Assembly (NCBI RefSeq): GCF_006345805.1
Contig: NC_043015.1
Span: forward strand, 6,634,001 to 6,698,000
Length of the DNA: 64,000 nucleotides
Direction of reading: 5' to 3'
Origin: Octopus sinensis
Lineage: Eukaryota
The notes beneath the pieces are model-generated. The model saw nothing but the letters and a program-made list of their open reading frames with translations. It was not told the origin of the DNA and did no database searches. Each line of letters opens with the position of its first letter. Position 1 is the first letter of the stretch. Both the position numbers and the translations under genes were made by a program. This document shows, one piece after another, positions 1 through 13,720 of this stretch.

Positions 1-70
1 TCTACATATACATAGATACATACATACGTACACATATATATATATGTTTGTGCGTATATATACATACATA

Positions 71-104
<34 letters not shown>

Positions 105-171
105 CATACATATATATATATATAATACATATATATATATATATATATATAATATACACATATATATATAC

Positions 172-204
<33 letters not shown>

Positions 205-450
205 CATATTATATATACATATTATATATATACATTATATATATACATATATATACATACATACATATATACATATATATATATACATACATACATATAT
301 ATATATATACATATATATATACATACATACATATATATATATATACATATATATATATACATATATATATACATATATACATATATATATATATATGTAT
401 ATATATACAGGCTGGCCCCAAAGTAGGTTTTTTTCGCATTTGTATATATT

Positions 451-490
<40 letters not shown>

Positions 491-491
491 A

Positions 492-553
<62 letters not shown>

Positions 554-588
554 TATAATATATATATATATATAATATATATATTATA

Positions 589-635
<47 letters not shown>

Positions 636-650
636 ATATTATATATATAT
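1..650. repeat. (TA)n/(TACA)n compound microsatellite
   Basis: Directly visible; interrupted at about 408-452 by a short unique island starting CAGGCTGGCCCCAAAGT. Confidence 0.97.
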
Positions 651-651
651 T

Positions 652-872
652 TTGTACTTGTTTCAGTCATTTCGACTGCGGCCATGCTGGAGCACCGCCT
701 TTTAGAGTGGTGAAAGAGTACAACAGGGATCACCACCATCCCCTGCCGGAGCCTCGTGGAGCTCTTAGGTGTTTTCGCTCAATAAACACACACAACGCCC
801 GGTCTGGGAATCGAAACCGCGATCCTCCGACCGCAAGTCCGCTGCCCTAACCACTGGGCCATTGCGCCTCCA
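652..872 (-). mobile_element. Chimeric SINE: family B tRNA-like head and body joined to the family A 3' tail
   Basis: Reverse complement of 705-872 matches the head of the copies at 12577/34608/43391 (TGGAGGCGCAATGGCCCAGTGGTTAGGGCAGCGG...). Reverse complement of 652-704 is AAGGCGGTGCTCCAGCATGGCCGCAGTCGAAATGACTGAAACAAGTA, the tail seen on the copies at 1882 and 38018. Confidence 0.85.
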
Positions 873-1462
873 TGTATATATATATATATATATATACACA
901 TATATATACATATGCATGTATTTATTTATATGTGCCTGCATGTGTATGTGTGTGTGTTTGTGTGTATGTGTTTCTGTGTACATGCATGTGTATGAGGGTG
1001 TGTTAGTGTGCAGGTCTGTGTGTGTGCTTGCGGCTGGGTGTGGGCTTAAAGCTGAACTAGACATTTCTATCTATATTTGTTGTGTCAACCAACAACACAT
1101 TAAATGAAAAAGAAAAAAAAATGGCGACCGATGTTCAGTCGTACGCACATTCTGTTTGACGCATAAGTTTGAGTGTTTATGGTGTAAGATTCAAGAGATA
1201 AGGAATAAGAGGCTTAAATCGCATCACAATTTCTATATGAATATTTAATGGCTATATACGGAAATGTTTTTTTCTTCGTCATGAGCTATGTGGCATCTAT
1301 TAATATATTGGCGCAAGTATCACTCCATTCTGAAGAAACAACATTATTTCAGCTTTTGTCCCATGGGTTTCCACCTTCTGGTATAGGCCCACTTAGTCCA
1401 AGTGTTGTGAGTGAAATTGGCAGTGAAAAACTGTGTGGAAGACCGTTGTAGTTATCATGGAT

Positions 1463-1498
<36 letters not shown>

Positions 1499-1591
1499 AT
1501 ACAAAGTAAGATAGGGGTTATGAGGATGATGATCGAAATGAATTTATTCCTCCATTTTCTTATTTGTATTATATATATATACTTATAATAT

Positions 1592-1820
1592 GGGCAGGAG
1601 TGTTGTGTCTACGGTGCCTTTATGTCTATGATTTTGTCACCCACATCTTGGCAACAAATGTTGGTTTGTTTCCATTCCTGTAACCTAGAGATTCGAGATA
1701 AGTGACCGATAGTACAAGGCTTAAAACAAAAACTTAAGTACGGGCGGCAATTTGATCCACAGAAATCCCCTAACGCCATATGCTAGCATGGCCGCAGTGA
1801 AATTATTGAAGCGATGAAAG
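1592..1820 (+). mobile_element. Degraded SINE family A copy
   Basis: Diverged similarity to the 3' half of 1882-2312, ending GCTAGCATGGCCGCAGTGAAATTATTGAAGC. Confidence 0.55.
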
Positions 1821-1881
1821 CTAATTGAGCAACGTAGGTAGTTAGAAAATCGCTATAAAACATGTATTCGCAATAAAATCT

Positions 1882-2060
1882 AGTGGCTGTGTGGTAAGTA
1901 ACTTGCTTATCAACCACTTGATTCCGGGTTCGGTCCCACTGCGTGGCACTTTGGGCAAGTGTCTTCTACTATAGCCTCGGGCGACCAAAGCCTTGTGAGT
2001 AAATTTGGTAGACGGAAACTAAAAGAAGCTCGTCGTATGTAATGTATATATATATATATA

Positions 2061-2116
<56 letters not shown>

Positions 2117-2312
2117 TGTGGCTGTGTTTTTTCCCCACAACATTTGACAACCGATGCTGGTGTGTTTACGTACGCGTAACTTAGCGGTTAGGCCTAAGAG
2201 ACCGATAGAATAAGTACTAGACTTACAAAGTATAAGTCTGGGGTTCGATTTGCTCAACTAAAGGCGGTGCTCCAGCATGGCTGCGGTCAAATGCCTGAAA
2301 CAAGTAAAAGAG
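1882..2312 (+). mobile_element. SINE family A (tRNA-derived head, CORE-like motif, internal (TA)/(TG) microsatellite, conserved tail)
   Basis: A-box-like TGGCTGTGTGG, B-box-like GGGTTCGGTCCC, CORE-like TTGGGCAAGT. Closely similar copies at 38018 (+) and 47533 (-). Confidence 0.9.
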
Positions 2313-3063
2313 TATTATTCATGATAGTTGTGTAACACAAAACAAAGCTATTCAGTGAACGGGCAATTCCAATAGGTGCCATCATAACTTTGTCTAATTC
2401 GGTAGCCTGTTACTCAAGGGAGGTGTTTCCACCCCAAATTTATCAGACATTGTGCTTACGATTTGACTTTCTTGTTGTTTTGATATGTTTACACGTACTT
2501 ATCCTCTCTTCTTCTAGCAATAAACATCTATTTACATTAGAACATATTCGCCTATTGTATACACATTTAATCATTCGTGCTTGAAAAATATAGAGTGAAT
2601 GAGACGATATGATTTGAACGTTAAGGAGGATGATCCAGCTGTATACAGCAACATAACATCCATTAAGTTAGAGAAAAATATTACAGCAATAAAGAAAATA
2701 TTGACAAATGAAAGAAAAAAAAATGTGAAGAGAAACTAAACAGTAAGAATAAATATACCGAATATGGTGGCCCAGATAGAAAATCAGAGATATGAAAATA
2801 AATAATATGTTTAAGAAAACCTAAATAAAACAAGTCAGAATAGATATAAGACCATGCAGAAAATGAAGCGAAATAAGAGGAGAAAAAAAAGCAACAACGA
2901 AAGACTAACGTAAAAAGACTGAATAACTTTGAAGAAAGACAAGGTAAGATATTGAAGAAAATAATATATATATATATATGTGTGTATGATAAAATTCGTG
3001 ATATTAAAAGTAATAGCACTACCCATAATATTAATGTTGCAGTACGTTTGTCGAAATGTACTC

Positions 3064-3064
<1 letters not shown>

Positions 3065-3124
<60 letters not shown>

Positions 3125-3147
3125 TTAATAATACTAATAATAATAAT
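3065..3147. repeat. (TAA)n microsatellite
   Basis: Directly visible. Confidence 0.95.
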
Positions 3148-3684
3148 CAAGATACAAAGAAAGGAAACCAAGGATGAAGCTAGAAGACCATTTTATAAAT
3201 AAGAGAAAGGAAATAGAGAAAGAGGATATGACAAAAATTAGTAAAAAAAAATAGGATGCACATACACACACATACTCACACGCACATGTATTTATAGCTA
3301 TATTTATGTGTTTATTTATATAGACATGTGCATACATATACACACATGTATGTATATGTATTTTATATATATTTGAATTCCGCCTAAAAGGAAACATTTT
3401 TGTTCTTTGGGCATTTTATATGTGAATAAACATCTTGTTATGTGTTTCATTTATTGCTTTCATGGAAATAACGAAAGACAAAGTTTTGGAAAGTTATAAT
3501 TTTTCGAATGCAAATACAATATATTAAATTCTAACACACAACTTTCTATGTACCTTATTGTCTAGATCAATACCTGAATGTGTGTGTATAATGTGAGTGT
3601 GTGTATTACACACGCACGATCGCTTTCTTACATGTCTGCTTAAACTTTATTCTCTTATATTTTATGTTCAAATGTCTATATTCC

Positions 3685-4013
3685 CTACCTTCAGATAACA
3701 TTTCGTCAATATTTTGATGTCTGAATTTGCTACTTGCTTTGCCTTCTTAGAGGCACCGCGGTTTCGACCTATCACTCTATTTCTTGGTCACCATGATTTG
3801 GTCAATCACCCATCTAAGTCTCATACCCTGTCTTTCATATCTAGAATATTCTTAAGCCTTGGAACCTCCTCTCCGCTCATGTCTATAGCTTTTGGTTGGA
3901 GTTTATATCAGCCGAAACGTTGTGTTAACAACAAACAAGATGAGGACAAATATCGTCAAATGTAAATAATGTCAATAATGTACATAATTCCTCATCTCTT
4001 AAATATAGAACTG
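3685..4013 (+). mobile_element. Penelope-like element 3' end remnant (endonuclease C-terminus plus decayed hammerhead)
   Basis: ORF 3714-3965 contains RIFLSLGTSSPLMSIAF, resembling the PLE GIY-YIG C-terminal LIFxLGTLxPxGxN motif. It overlaps stem GGTTGG...TCAGCC followed by GAAAC at 3914, with no CTGANGA box upstream. Confidence 0.45.
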
Positions 4014-4050
4014 CATGTATAAGTTGTATTTAATTCGACTAAACACTTGC

Positions 4051-4463
4051 GGCGGCGAGCTGGCAGAAACGTTAGCGCGCCGGGCGAAATGCTTTGCGGT
4101 ATTTCGTATGCCGTTATGTTCTGAGTTCAATTCCGCCGAGGTCGACTTTGCCTTTCATCCTTTAGGGGTCGATAAATTAAGTACCAGTTACGCACTGGGG
4201 TCGATATAATCGACTTGATACGTGTGTCTGTCCTTGTTTGTCCTCTCTGTGTTTAACCCCTTGTGGGTAGTAAAAAATAGGTATTTCGTCTATTGTTACC
4301 TTCTGAGTCCAAATTCCGCCGAGGTCGACTTTGCCTTTCATCCTTTCGGGGTCGATAAATAGAGTACCAGTTTCGCTCTGGGGTCGATGTAATCGACTTA
4401 ATCCGTTTTTCTGTCCTTGTTTGTCCTCTCTATGTTTACCCCCTTGTGGGCAGTAAAGAAATA
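4051..4463 (+). mobile_element. SINE family C (Meta-domain-like), dimeric body
   Basis: Head GGCGGCGAGCTGGCAGAAACGTTAGC, B box GAGTTCAATTCC, Meta-like GCCTTTCATCCTTTCGGGGTCGATAAA. The body repeats after the junction AAATA|GGTATTTCGTC at 4279/4280. Imperfect TSD ATTCGACTAAACACTTG/ATTCGGCTAAATACTTG; inserted into an old family A tail (4480-4535). Confidence 0.9.
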
Positions 4464-5747
4464 TATTCGGCTAAATACTTGAAGGCAGCAGCCCAGCATG
4501 GCCGTAGTATAATGATTAAAGCAAGTAGACAAGGTAAGAGATAAGCAGTCTGCAAGGAACCACATACATATATGAACATATATGCTTATGTGTGTGAGTA
4601 GGTATATATAATGTCTGTTTGCTTCAAAGAGTAACGAGATGTCCGATATTGCAGTAGTCATTAGAGAAAGGGTGTAAACATTGTTGATAGCATACTATTC
4701 CGTAAATCAAAACTACTTTTGCTTCAGTTAGGAACATTATCACCCTATAAAAGCTTACCAAACTCTCTTCCTCATTCATGTCGAATAATGACGAATATTG
4801 CTGAAGGGCATATCTCGTTTTCATACGGTGGGTATCAGATTTATATCAGAACATATTCCCAGTAGAAGAAAGGAATGCGTTTCTCAAGCTTTATAAAATG
4901 AGTCATGACTGACTTAAGTTCTTTGCCTCAGGAAAATATCCAAAATCCTTTTAACAGATTTTGAATCATGACTTCAAAGTTTAAATCACTGGAAATATGA
5001 CACCGTTTTTTTTTTCTTTCTTCTGTTAGAATATCATATGAAAAGAAATTCTCAAACTATACGTCGTTGTAGAACTATACATGTAGAAATTCCGCTTCAT
5101 CTATCACGTTAAGGAAATACACGCTAAGAAGTAATACTTGAGTTACCAGAAGAGAGAGAGAGGGGGGGATGGGAGAGATTCTCTAATTCATGTTTTCATG
5201 GATTTATCTTACAAGTAATTGGTGCATGCAGTGGTTAAGTTGTTCACATCTCAACAACATGATTTCTGCTTCAGTCACACCACATGAAAACTGTAGGAAA
5301 GTATCAAATACTGTAATCTCCTGTCAACAAAAGCCTTGTAAGTGAAAACTGGCGTGATACTCGGCCGGAGAGTTGTTTACTGTTATTCTGTTGTAGAATC
5401 AATCTGTTATACTCTTTCAAAGTACTAATTGGGTGACCTCGATAGTTTTATGGGTGCCTACTCCACTGCATGATTTGATCCAGATGATCACTACACTTAG
5501 AGACCCTTGTAAAGGTCACGGGCGCTACTTTTCCGCCCCTAACTAAATCATACCCCAGAAATGCAAACGTGTAAACGAGATCAATATAGTAGCTAAAAAG
5601 AGTGGCCAAATTACCTTCAAAACAAACTCTAAACTCTTAAACAATTTAAGGACCCATTTGAAAGTGTATTTCTGGATATACCACTCCACAAATGGGAGAA
5701 AAATATAACAAATCATCTGCAATGTCTGGGATTAAACAAAATACTCC

Positions 5748-5956
5748 TTTTTATTATAGGCACAAGACCTATAATTTGGGGGAGGCGGAGGCTAGTCGAT
5801 TACATGAGACCCATTGCTTTACGGGTTATTATTACACCGGCCCCAGAAGGATGAAAGGCAATGTCAACCTTGGCGGAATTGCATACTCAGAAGTGCGGAC
5901 GAAATGCAGCGCTTTATTTCGACCGGTGTGCTATCGATTCAGCCATCTCGCTGCCT
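5748..5956 (-). mobile_element. Diverged SINE family C (alternative tail)
   Basis: AGGATGAAAGGCAATGTCAACCTTGGCGGAATT is the reverse complement of the family C core. Confidence 0.65.
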
Positions 5957-7769
5957 TAGGGATTAAATAAAATAATGGTGACACCACCAATGATGTCAAG
6001 AACAACATAAACTTGTATGCACCATGCATCTTCCCAGCCTTTGATACATCTAAAATATTTAAAACAAATACTGCAATCTACAAATTTAATCATTGAGTCT
6101 GAAGAGATTTGAAGAATATGTCAGACATAATTTGATGAGTAGAAATACATGAACTTATCCGTTTAAGTTAGCACTTACTAGGTCTATAGATAGGCTCGGA
6201 GACTGATGTCTTTCGTAAGTAACAATTTAGAATCATTACCCATTTATCTCAGTTCATGTCTGAGTCCACAAATCCCAGTACCAACAAAATTTGAACTTTA
6301 AAAAAATAATCTGTAAAACCAGCGTAGATTATTTTTATCGTTGTCCCAGCTGAAGAAGGAAAATTAAAAGTTACAAATGTAGAAGTTAGAGGGAAGGACA
6401 GACGAGTGGACAGATCTCAGATATAGCATAGGAAACGCCATCGTAATACGAGTGAAACCATAATAAAATGAAGTTTACTAAATGCACCAAGATGTTTTCT
6501 CCTTTCCTTTTTGTTCGCTCACATTGAAAATCAGAATATTAATGAATGAAATACACGAAATAAGAAAACTAGCGTTTTGTCTAATAGAGGGAAGGGAGAA
6601 AGGAACGGTTGACCTAAGTTTGATTTGATGTAAAGCGTGGTTATTAAATACCACAAGGTATTTTACCTGCCAATATTCCTACTGGCAATCCATCGCCTAG
6701 TTAGTTATCATAATGAACGGAACGGAATAAAACTAAAGATAAACTACAATAAATAAATGCAGAGAAAGAGGTGGCAGAGATCTCTATAATGGTTTGTAAA
6801 CAACACTTAAAGTAAGCGTGATTTCCAAGGAAATAATAGAGTAGAATGTGACATTCTTGTCGTTCACTCATTTGGCATCGTAAAATCATAACATGTTTAG
6901 GTTGTATTTAATGGAATAAATTTCGAAGGGTTTCTTTATGCAGCGACTAAATTCGTAAGGCATTCATTTTGGGTATTTGGAGTGGGATCTGTATTATAAA
7001 TGGTTCTCAATATGAAAGTGTTTTTTTGATAATATAGCTTGTTGAAAACAGCAGAAGTGAGAGGATAATGGTCTGCAAACTTTGATTAATATACCCACGA
7101 TATCAGGATTAAAATCATAATTATCTTAATGGATAGTGACAGGAAAATAACCACTTTGTTCGTGTTGCAGCTTGCTTCCCTAGAAGGATAATTTCCTCGC
7201 TTCTCACATTTAAATATATTACTCTTCAATCCACTATCACCCTCGTTCTGTCTTCCTTCTACCCTCTCTCTATCTCTCTCTTACGCTCTCAAACTCTCTT
7301 CCCAATAAATATATGGATGCAAAAACGGTTATTAGTGTTTCAAATACTTAAGCTGAGCGTAAGCTCTCGAAACGCCTATTAAATAAGTATAAGAGCTATC
7401 TGCAGCTTTTTGTATTTAATGTCATATTGTGACATTATTTATACTCGATTGCAAATGATTATTTTATTTTTTATTCTTCTACTGGTTTCAGTCATTGAAC
7501 TACGGTTTATAATCGGTCATATCAACCTCAGTACTGCATTCGTTGCTTTTCATCCAATATGTCAGTTACTTATACTCATAAAGCTTCACAGTGAAAAATC
7601 TTCATATAAGGATTTAGAGTGGATGTAATAAACACAAAGATATATCTATCAATCAATCTATCTATCTATCATTCTATGTCCCTCTTATTCTTTCCCTTCC
7701 CAAAAATAAAAGCTCTACTTTGTACTTTCTCCCGTCTGTGTCCAACACTGTGTGGCTAATAAAGTAACA

Positions 7770-7800
<31 letters not shown>

Positions 7801-8405
7801 ATATATATATATATATATATATATCTTACTATTTATCTATCCGTCTATTTGTCAGTCTATCAATCTGCCTCTCTCTCTCTCTCTCTCGATATATAAATAT
7901 CTGTCTGTGTGTGTGCGTGCGTGTGTGTATGTGTGTATAAATATAAACTTACATGCACATATTTTCTTTAATATAAGAAGGTATATGTTGCCAAATCAAT
8001 ATCCTAGATGACTATTTTACATTTCATCGAAACCGGTATTATACAGTTAACCATTGCTACTGATTAATTATATTGTGTTTGACTGAGATAAGATTTTACG
8101 AAAAAAATACTACCGATCTAATATAGTCTTCACTTGAGTCGGAATTCAAATAACGTGAGTGTCATTTAAAGTACATACTAAAACATGACTGAGTCGGATT
8201 AATCGACTATAATCTCCTCCCATTAATTGATCTCCATGTGCCAATAGAAGTAATTAATGATTTAACAATCATTATTTCGATCACAGCTCTATATATCATA
8301 ACACATCGATAGATGCCCATCTTAGTCTATACGACTTTGTCTTTCTCTCTGCCTTTCTCACTGCCTATCAACGCCATTCTCTTTCTTTTTGAAACAGACA
8401 TGCGC

Positions 8406-8455
<50 letters not shown>

Positions 8456-10419
8456 GTATATATGTATATATATATATGTATATATATGTATTAATATGTA
8501 TTAATATATTATAACACATTTATACATTTGCCATTCAAAATAAATTGATATAAGAACAGATATAGGCTATTCCAAAGTGGAACTGGGAAGGAGAAAATTT
8601 TCATGAAAAAAGGAAAGAAAGAAAGAAGGAAAGAAGGAAAGAAAGAAAGAAAGAAAATGCGCAAAACACATCAAAGCCATAATTTTATAAAGACCTGATT
8701 TTTTATATTATTAAATCACTTGCCGAAAAGTTTTTGATTGCCATTATACAAGTATACAGCCATCCATTAACCACAGATTTGAAAACCTGAATGTGTATCT
8801 TGAAATCATTGCTGCGGATAAAGCAAATGAAGATCATAACACTGAAAAGGAAATAAAAGAAAATACATCAATTTTCCTTCCATCGTTTCTAAATTTTCCT
8901 CAATAAAGCTATGGACACATTATTCCCTAAGGTTTGTTTTCTGTATGTCATGTTCTCAGTCAATGTGTATGCGAATAATAGCTTGCTTCATGCAGATAGA
9001 ATCTTAGCATTTTCAGCTCTTTCCTTCCGCAAAGTAATGAGTTCTTTCAGGCTACTAATGGTGTGATCTCCCAGTGCATAGGGAGTAATATCTTCAAATT
9101 AACTCAAACATTCTGAATAGATTCAATATAAAATCGGCTTCTATTCAAAGTCATTATTATTTTCAGCAAATCAATTCAAGAAATACAACTCTATGAAAGG
9201 ATTTTTCTACACGAAACATACAAGTATGTTAAAGATACAAAGGAAATGCATCCTTGACCCTGGAAAAAGCACTATAGCGCACACTGCGGAGTAAGGTCAT
9301 AAAGGTAAATAACTCGACTAGATGTTGCATGTCGAATGTTAGTTAATTATCTAAGAACAAAAGTGTTAGGACAAGGAATTAGAAGATATCCTCGATCTTA
9401 TTCTACTGTTTCCAAAAGACACACAAATGCACGCACATGTATATATTTCAGAAAAGAGAATCTTCAAATGAATACAGCCATTTTATTGCTTCTTCGTCTT
9501 CAAAAGTTACTGTCTTTCATCTTCCAAAGACTTCATCATAATGTTCTAGTGATTCAAAGACGTTTGTACTGAATGCATATGATAATTATATATTAATTCC
9601 AAAATCATTAACACTGCAATAAATATTCTATTCTAAAATATATGTATACCATGATTTGCAAACTGATTTACATTAAAATGCGGTACAGATAGAAAGAAAA
9701 AAACAAAGAGCGTAGAGAAGTATAAAAGTAAGTAACTTCGAACATTCTAACTCATTTACATTCAAATGGATGCTAGTGGACTGTGTCATCACTTAAGTTT
9801 AACAATGTGAATATTACTATCAATTTTGTATAAGCTGCATTTCCTAGCAAAAATGTTTCAACGGGGAGACTCTAAAAGAAATGTATTCCTTTTGTCATGT
9901 ATAGAAAAACGTTTCGCACCGTTTTAACGAGACTTAAATCGAAATAGCGATTGAAAGCATTAAGGAAAGAAATGCGTTGTTTTCTAGAAAGTTTCCTAGA
10001 TATCACGGCAGCAATTGACCAATGAGTTTTCGTACGAGTGGGAAAGCGTGGCGAGTTTGATTCTCATTGTTTGTTGACTTCAAATCCAATGTCTTTATAA
10101 CAGGACTGGACACAACTATGCTTAGGTGATCGGAGTCCTCTCTCATTACAGAGAAAAGTGGACGCAATTCTTTATTGTTGCGGACTTGACTCCTTTTTCC
10201 GAGCATCATAGCTATCAACGGGATTTTGACTCGTAGACGGAGTATCGACCAAGAAAAGACGAAAGGCAATGTTGACGTCCGCGTCATTCGAACTTAGAAA
10301 TAAAACAAGAAGAAATTACACAAGACATTATATCCGATGCTTTAACAAATCTGGCAAAAAGCGACCTAAGAGAATGTCTTCCATGAATAGGAGCTCGGAA
10401 GGTCCATGCTGATGAATTG

Positions 10420-10545
10420 ATTATGATATGTATTATATATATACACTTACATACATATATACACACATATATACTTATGCATATACATACATAAGTATAT
10501 ATATGTATATATACGTAAGTACAGTATATATGTACCTATATGTAC

Positions 10546-10576
<31 letters not shown>

Positions 10577-10618
10577 TAATATAATATATATATATATACA
10601 TACACACGCATACATATG

Positions 10619-10669
<51 letters not shown>

Positions 10670-10787
10670 ATACATATTTATTTATATATACACACACATA
10701 TATATGTATGTATATATATATATATGCATATATATATACATATATATTTACATACACACGTATATCTATATACGTATATATATATAC

Positions 10788-10835
<48 letters not shown>
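10420..10835. repeat. (TA)/(CA) compound microsatellite
   Basis: Directly visible. Confidence 0.95.
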
Positions 10836-10838
<3 letters not shown>

Positions 10839-10980
10839 TGAATTGAAGAAATGGAGCTGAACGCAGATTGAACAGAAATCGTTTTATTTCATTCTACACG
10901 TGTTTCGAAAGGCGTGTAGAATGAAATAAAACGATTTCTGTTCAATCTGCGTTCAGCTCCATTTCTTCAATTCACCAATA
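10833..10980. repeat. Perfect 68-bp inverted repeat with 12-nt spacer, probably an inverted PLE pseudo-LTR end
   Basis: 10833-10900 is the exact reverse complement of 10913-10980; spacer TGTTTCGAAAGG. The minus strand reads CGAAAC-ACGT-GTA-GAATGAAATAAA, a hammerhead 3' half. The unit continues to about 11135 and lies between (TA)n tracts. Confidence 0.9.
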
Positions 10981-11137
10981 ATGTTTTAATTTCAATTATC
11001 CGCACCAACGCACGGTTGCAACGCCAGATGGTTGTACCTCCAACCGTGCTGTTCACTGCTGTGATTTTTGCTACTAAGGTATCGGTTAAACTTTTGATTA
11101 ATCTACTACAAGATTATTCATCTTTCTATTTCACATA

Positions 11138-11188
<51 letters not shown>

Positions 11189-12121
11189 ACGTGTGTGGCT
11201 GTGTGTGTGTGAGGGGGGGTGTATAAACATCGTTACATCGTTGTCATTTTATATTAGTGGCACTGCCGTATGTTTATCTCTTAATAACTCCGAATCAGAG
11301 CTGTGTTTAACGATCTGAACTAATGGTTTAGTTAGTAATATGACTGATTTAGATTTCCGTAATTAATTCATTACAGTTCACCCACTTGTGCGACTATTGT
11401 CTCTACGTCTGCAACGATAAAGTCTGTGTGATCATCAAAATTACCAGTTCCTTATATCGTTACGTGAATTGGACTAATTGAAATAAAACACTAATTGCGA
11501 AAACTCCAACAATTTTCTTTTAACTCACTAAATTAATTGTGAGGCATTATGTCTGGTAGTATTTCTGTCACAACTTCTATTATATCGATCTATTATGTAT
11601 AGCAGTGTTTCCCCAGACACTTAAAGTTGGTCATAATGTTCAGACGATTTCTATCGATTAGAATACTTACATAATGTGTCGCAGATTTGTTATCTATCAA
11701 TCACTACTCTAGCTGAATCAGTACTGATGAGGCAAACGGAAAGTTCTCTACGATGTTTGTCTTTAAATCATTAAGGAAATGCAAGGCCGCGTCCGTGACC
11801 CATAATTGATCAGAGACTCTAGGAATAATGAAACGAATAGTGGAAATACTTTCTCAAACTTTAGGCCTGTCTAAAATCGAATGAATTCGGCTAAAATTAG
11901 TCGAAGATTCAGCTGCTCTGGGCGACGGAGTAAGTGTAAGACCCTAATTAGAAATGGTAGCTGAAGTTTCTAGTATAACATAAATATCAAAAATGAGAAT
12001 ATCATGGAGTTATATAATTCTTGTTATACAATAGAGGAAGCCGGAATTATAATTGCTGAGAAGCTTTGGCAAGCGTTATGTTCAAATACATGGTTTATCT
12101 GTGGCTAAACAACGACAGCAA

Positions 12122-12482
12122 GTGGAGGGGCAATGGCCCAATGATTAGGGCAGCGGATTCGCGGTCGAAGGACCGCGGTTTCGATTCCCAGACCGGGTGT
12201 TGTCTGTGTTTATTGAGCGAAAACACCTAAAGCTCCACGAGGCTCCGACAGTGGGTAAGTGGCGACCCCTGTTGTACTCTTTCGCTCCAAATTTCTCTTA
12301 CTCTTTCTTCCTGTTTCTTGTCCCCGACTTCCTATGCAACCGCTGAGCCTGCATGCGCATTCATCCATCCGTCGATGCCTTCGGTGTCGGGGGTTGATCT
12401 GTTTTCTCTTCTGCGGGTCTTACGAATAGCGAAGGACCACGTTTCGGACTTCTCTCACTGGACAAAGACCGCTACGCTCAAC
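12122..12482 (+). mobile_element. SINE family B head with a second, different 3' tail
   Basis: Same head and body as 12577 up to CTTCCTGTTTCT, then an unrelated tail (..GAAGGACCACGTTTCGGAC..GCTACGCTCAAC). TSD AACAACGACAGCAA at 12108-12121 and 12483-12496. Confidence 0.88.
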
Positions 12483-12576
12483 AACAACGACAGCAACAAC
12501 AGTAGAAACAACAAATTCCCCATGAATTTATATAAAAACAATATCAACCAATTTGTAACTTTTATATCTTAATGCA

Positions 12577-12962
12577 GTGGAGGCGCAATGGCCCGGTGGT
12601 TAGAACAGCAGACTCGCGGTTGTAGGATCGCGGTTTCGATTCCCAGACCGGGCATTGTGAGTGTTTATTGCGCGAAAATACCTAAAGCTCCACGAGGCTC
12701 CGGTAGGGGGTGGTGGCGAACCCTGCTGTACTCTTTCTCCACAACTTTCTCTCACTGTTTCTTTCTGTTTTTGCTGTACCTGTATTTCAAAGGGCCAGCC
12801 TTGTCACACTCTGTGTCACGCTGAATATCCCCGAGAACTACTTTAAGGGTACACGTGTCTGTGGAGTGCTCAGCCACTTGCAAGTTAATTTCACGAGCAG
12901 GCTGTTCCGTTGATCGGATCAACCGGAACCCTCATCATCGTATTCGACGGAGTGCCAACAAC
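12577..12962 (+). mobile_element. SINE family B, full length (tRNA-derived; resembles Octopus OR-type SINEs)
   Basis: A and B box-like motifs; TSD ATCTTAATGCA at 12566-12576 and 12963-12973; close match to 34608 and 43391. The OR assignment is from memory, not from a search. Confidence 0.92.
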
Positions 12963-13673
12963 ATCTTAATGCATTATTAACTCACTGCGGTCGCTCGAAT
13001 TTCTAGCTAAATCTCCACAAAGTGCAACATTGCTTCACTGGTGAAATATGATGATTCATAGAATTATTCTATTTAGAAGACATTTTTTTTAAAATCATAA
13101 ACTTGCTTATAATGACCTAGGAACGAATGAAAACGATGACAAGAACAAACATAGTAACCGGAAGGACATGCACGAGGACTCTGAGGTGTTACGAGCATGA
13201 GCAAAATCTGCCTGAAAACATACTGAAACGTCTTAAAAGAATCCCGATTCATTCTTTTAAGTTGTTACTACGCAACAACTATGACAGAATAAAAGATGGA
13301 ATAGTAACGGCCAATTTATCAGTGATTATTATAGGCCTGTCGTAGTATGGTCGGCCTGGAGCGATACACAAAAAAACAACACGCAAACAAATGTTTTATT
13401 TGAACGTCAATGTTCCAAGTTTGTTCGAAATATAAATGGAGACTTTTCTGTTTGTTTTCTTTTTAAATAGGTAGGATTTAATCCTGTCTAGCAACAAGAA
13501 TATTTGTTATTTAAATTAATTGCCTCGCATTTGAAATATTGAACTTTGTTCTGTTCTGTAATCATGTTGTCTTTTTCCCTAGTATTAACATTATGTGTTA
13601 AAGATCTTTAAAGCCGAAGATGAAAGAAAAGAACAAATATGTACATACACGCATGCGCGCACATAAACATACG

Positions 13674-13720
<47 letters not shown>

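Noticed and set aside
11717-11754. Hammerhead-like GTA-CTGATGA-GGCAAACG-GAAA-GTT-CTC-TAC
   Set aside because: Stem I and the core fit, but stem II cannot close (G-G at its base) and no PLE context is visible. At best a dead relic.
12577-12655. tRNA gene call for SINE B heads (also 34608, 43391, 60360)
   Set aside because: A/B boxes are present, but there is no proper acceptor stem or T-run terminator, and each continues into a TSD-flanked SINE body.
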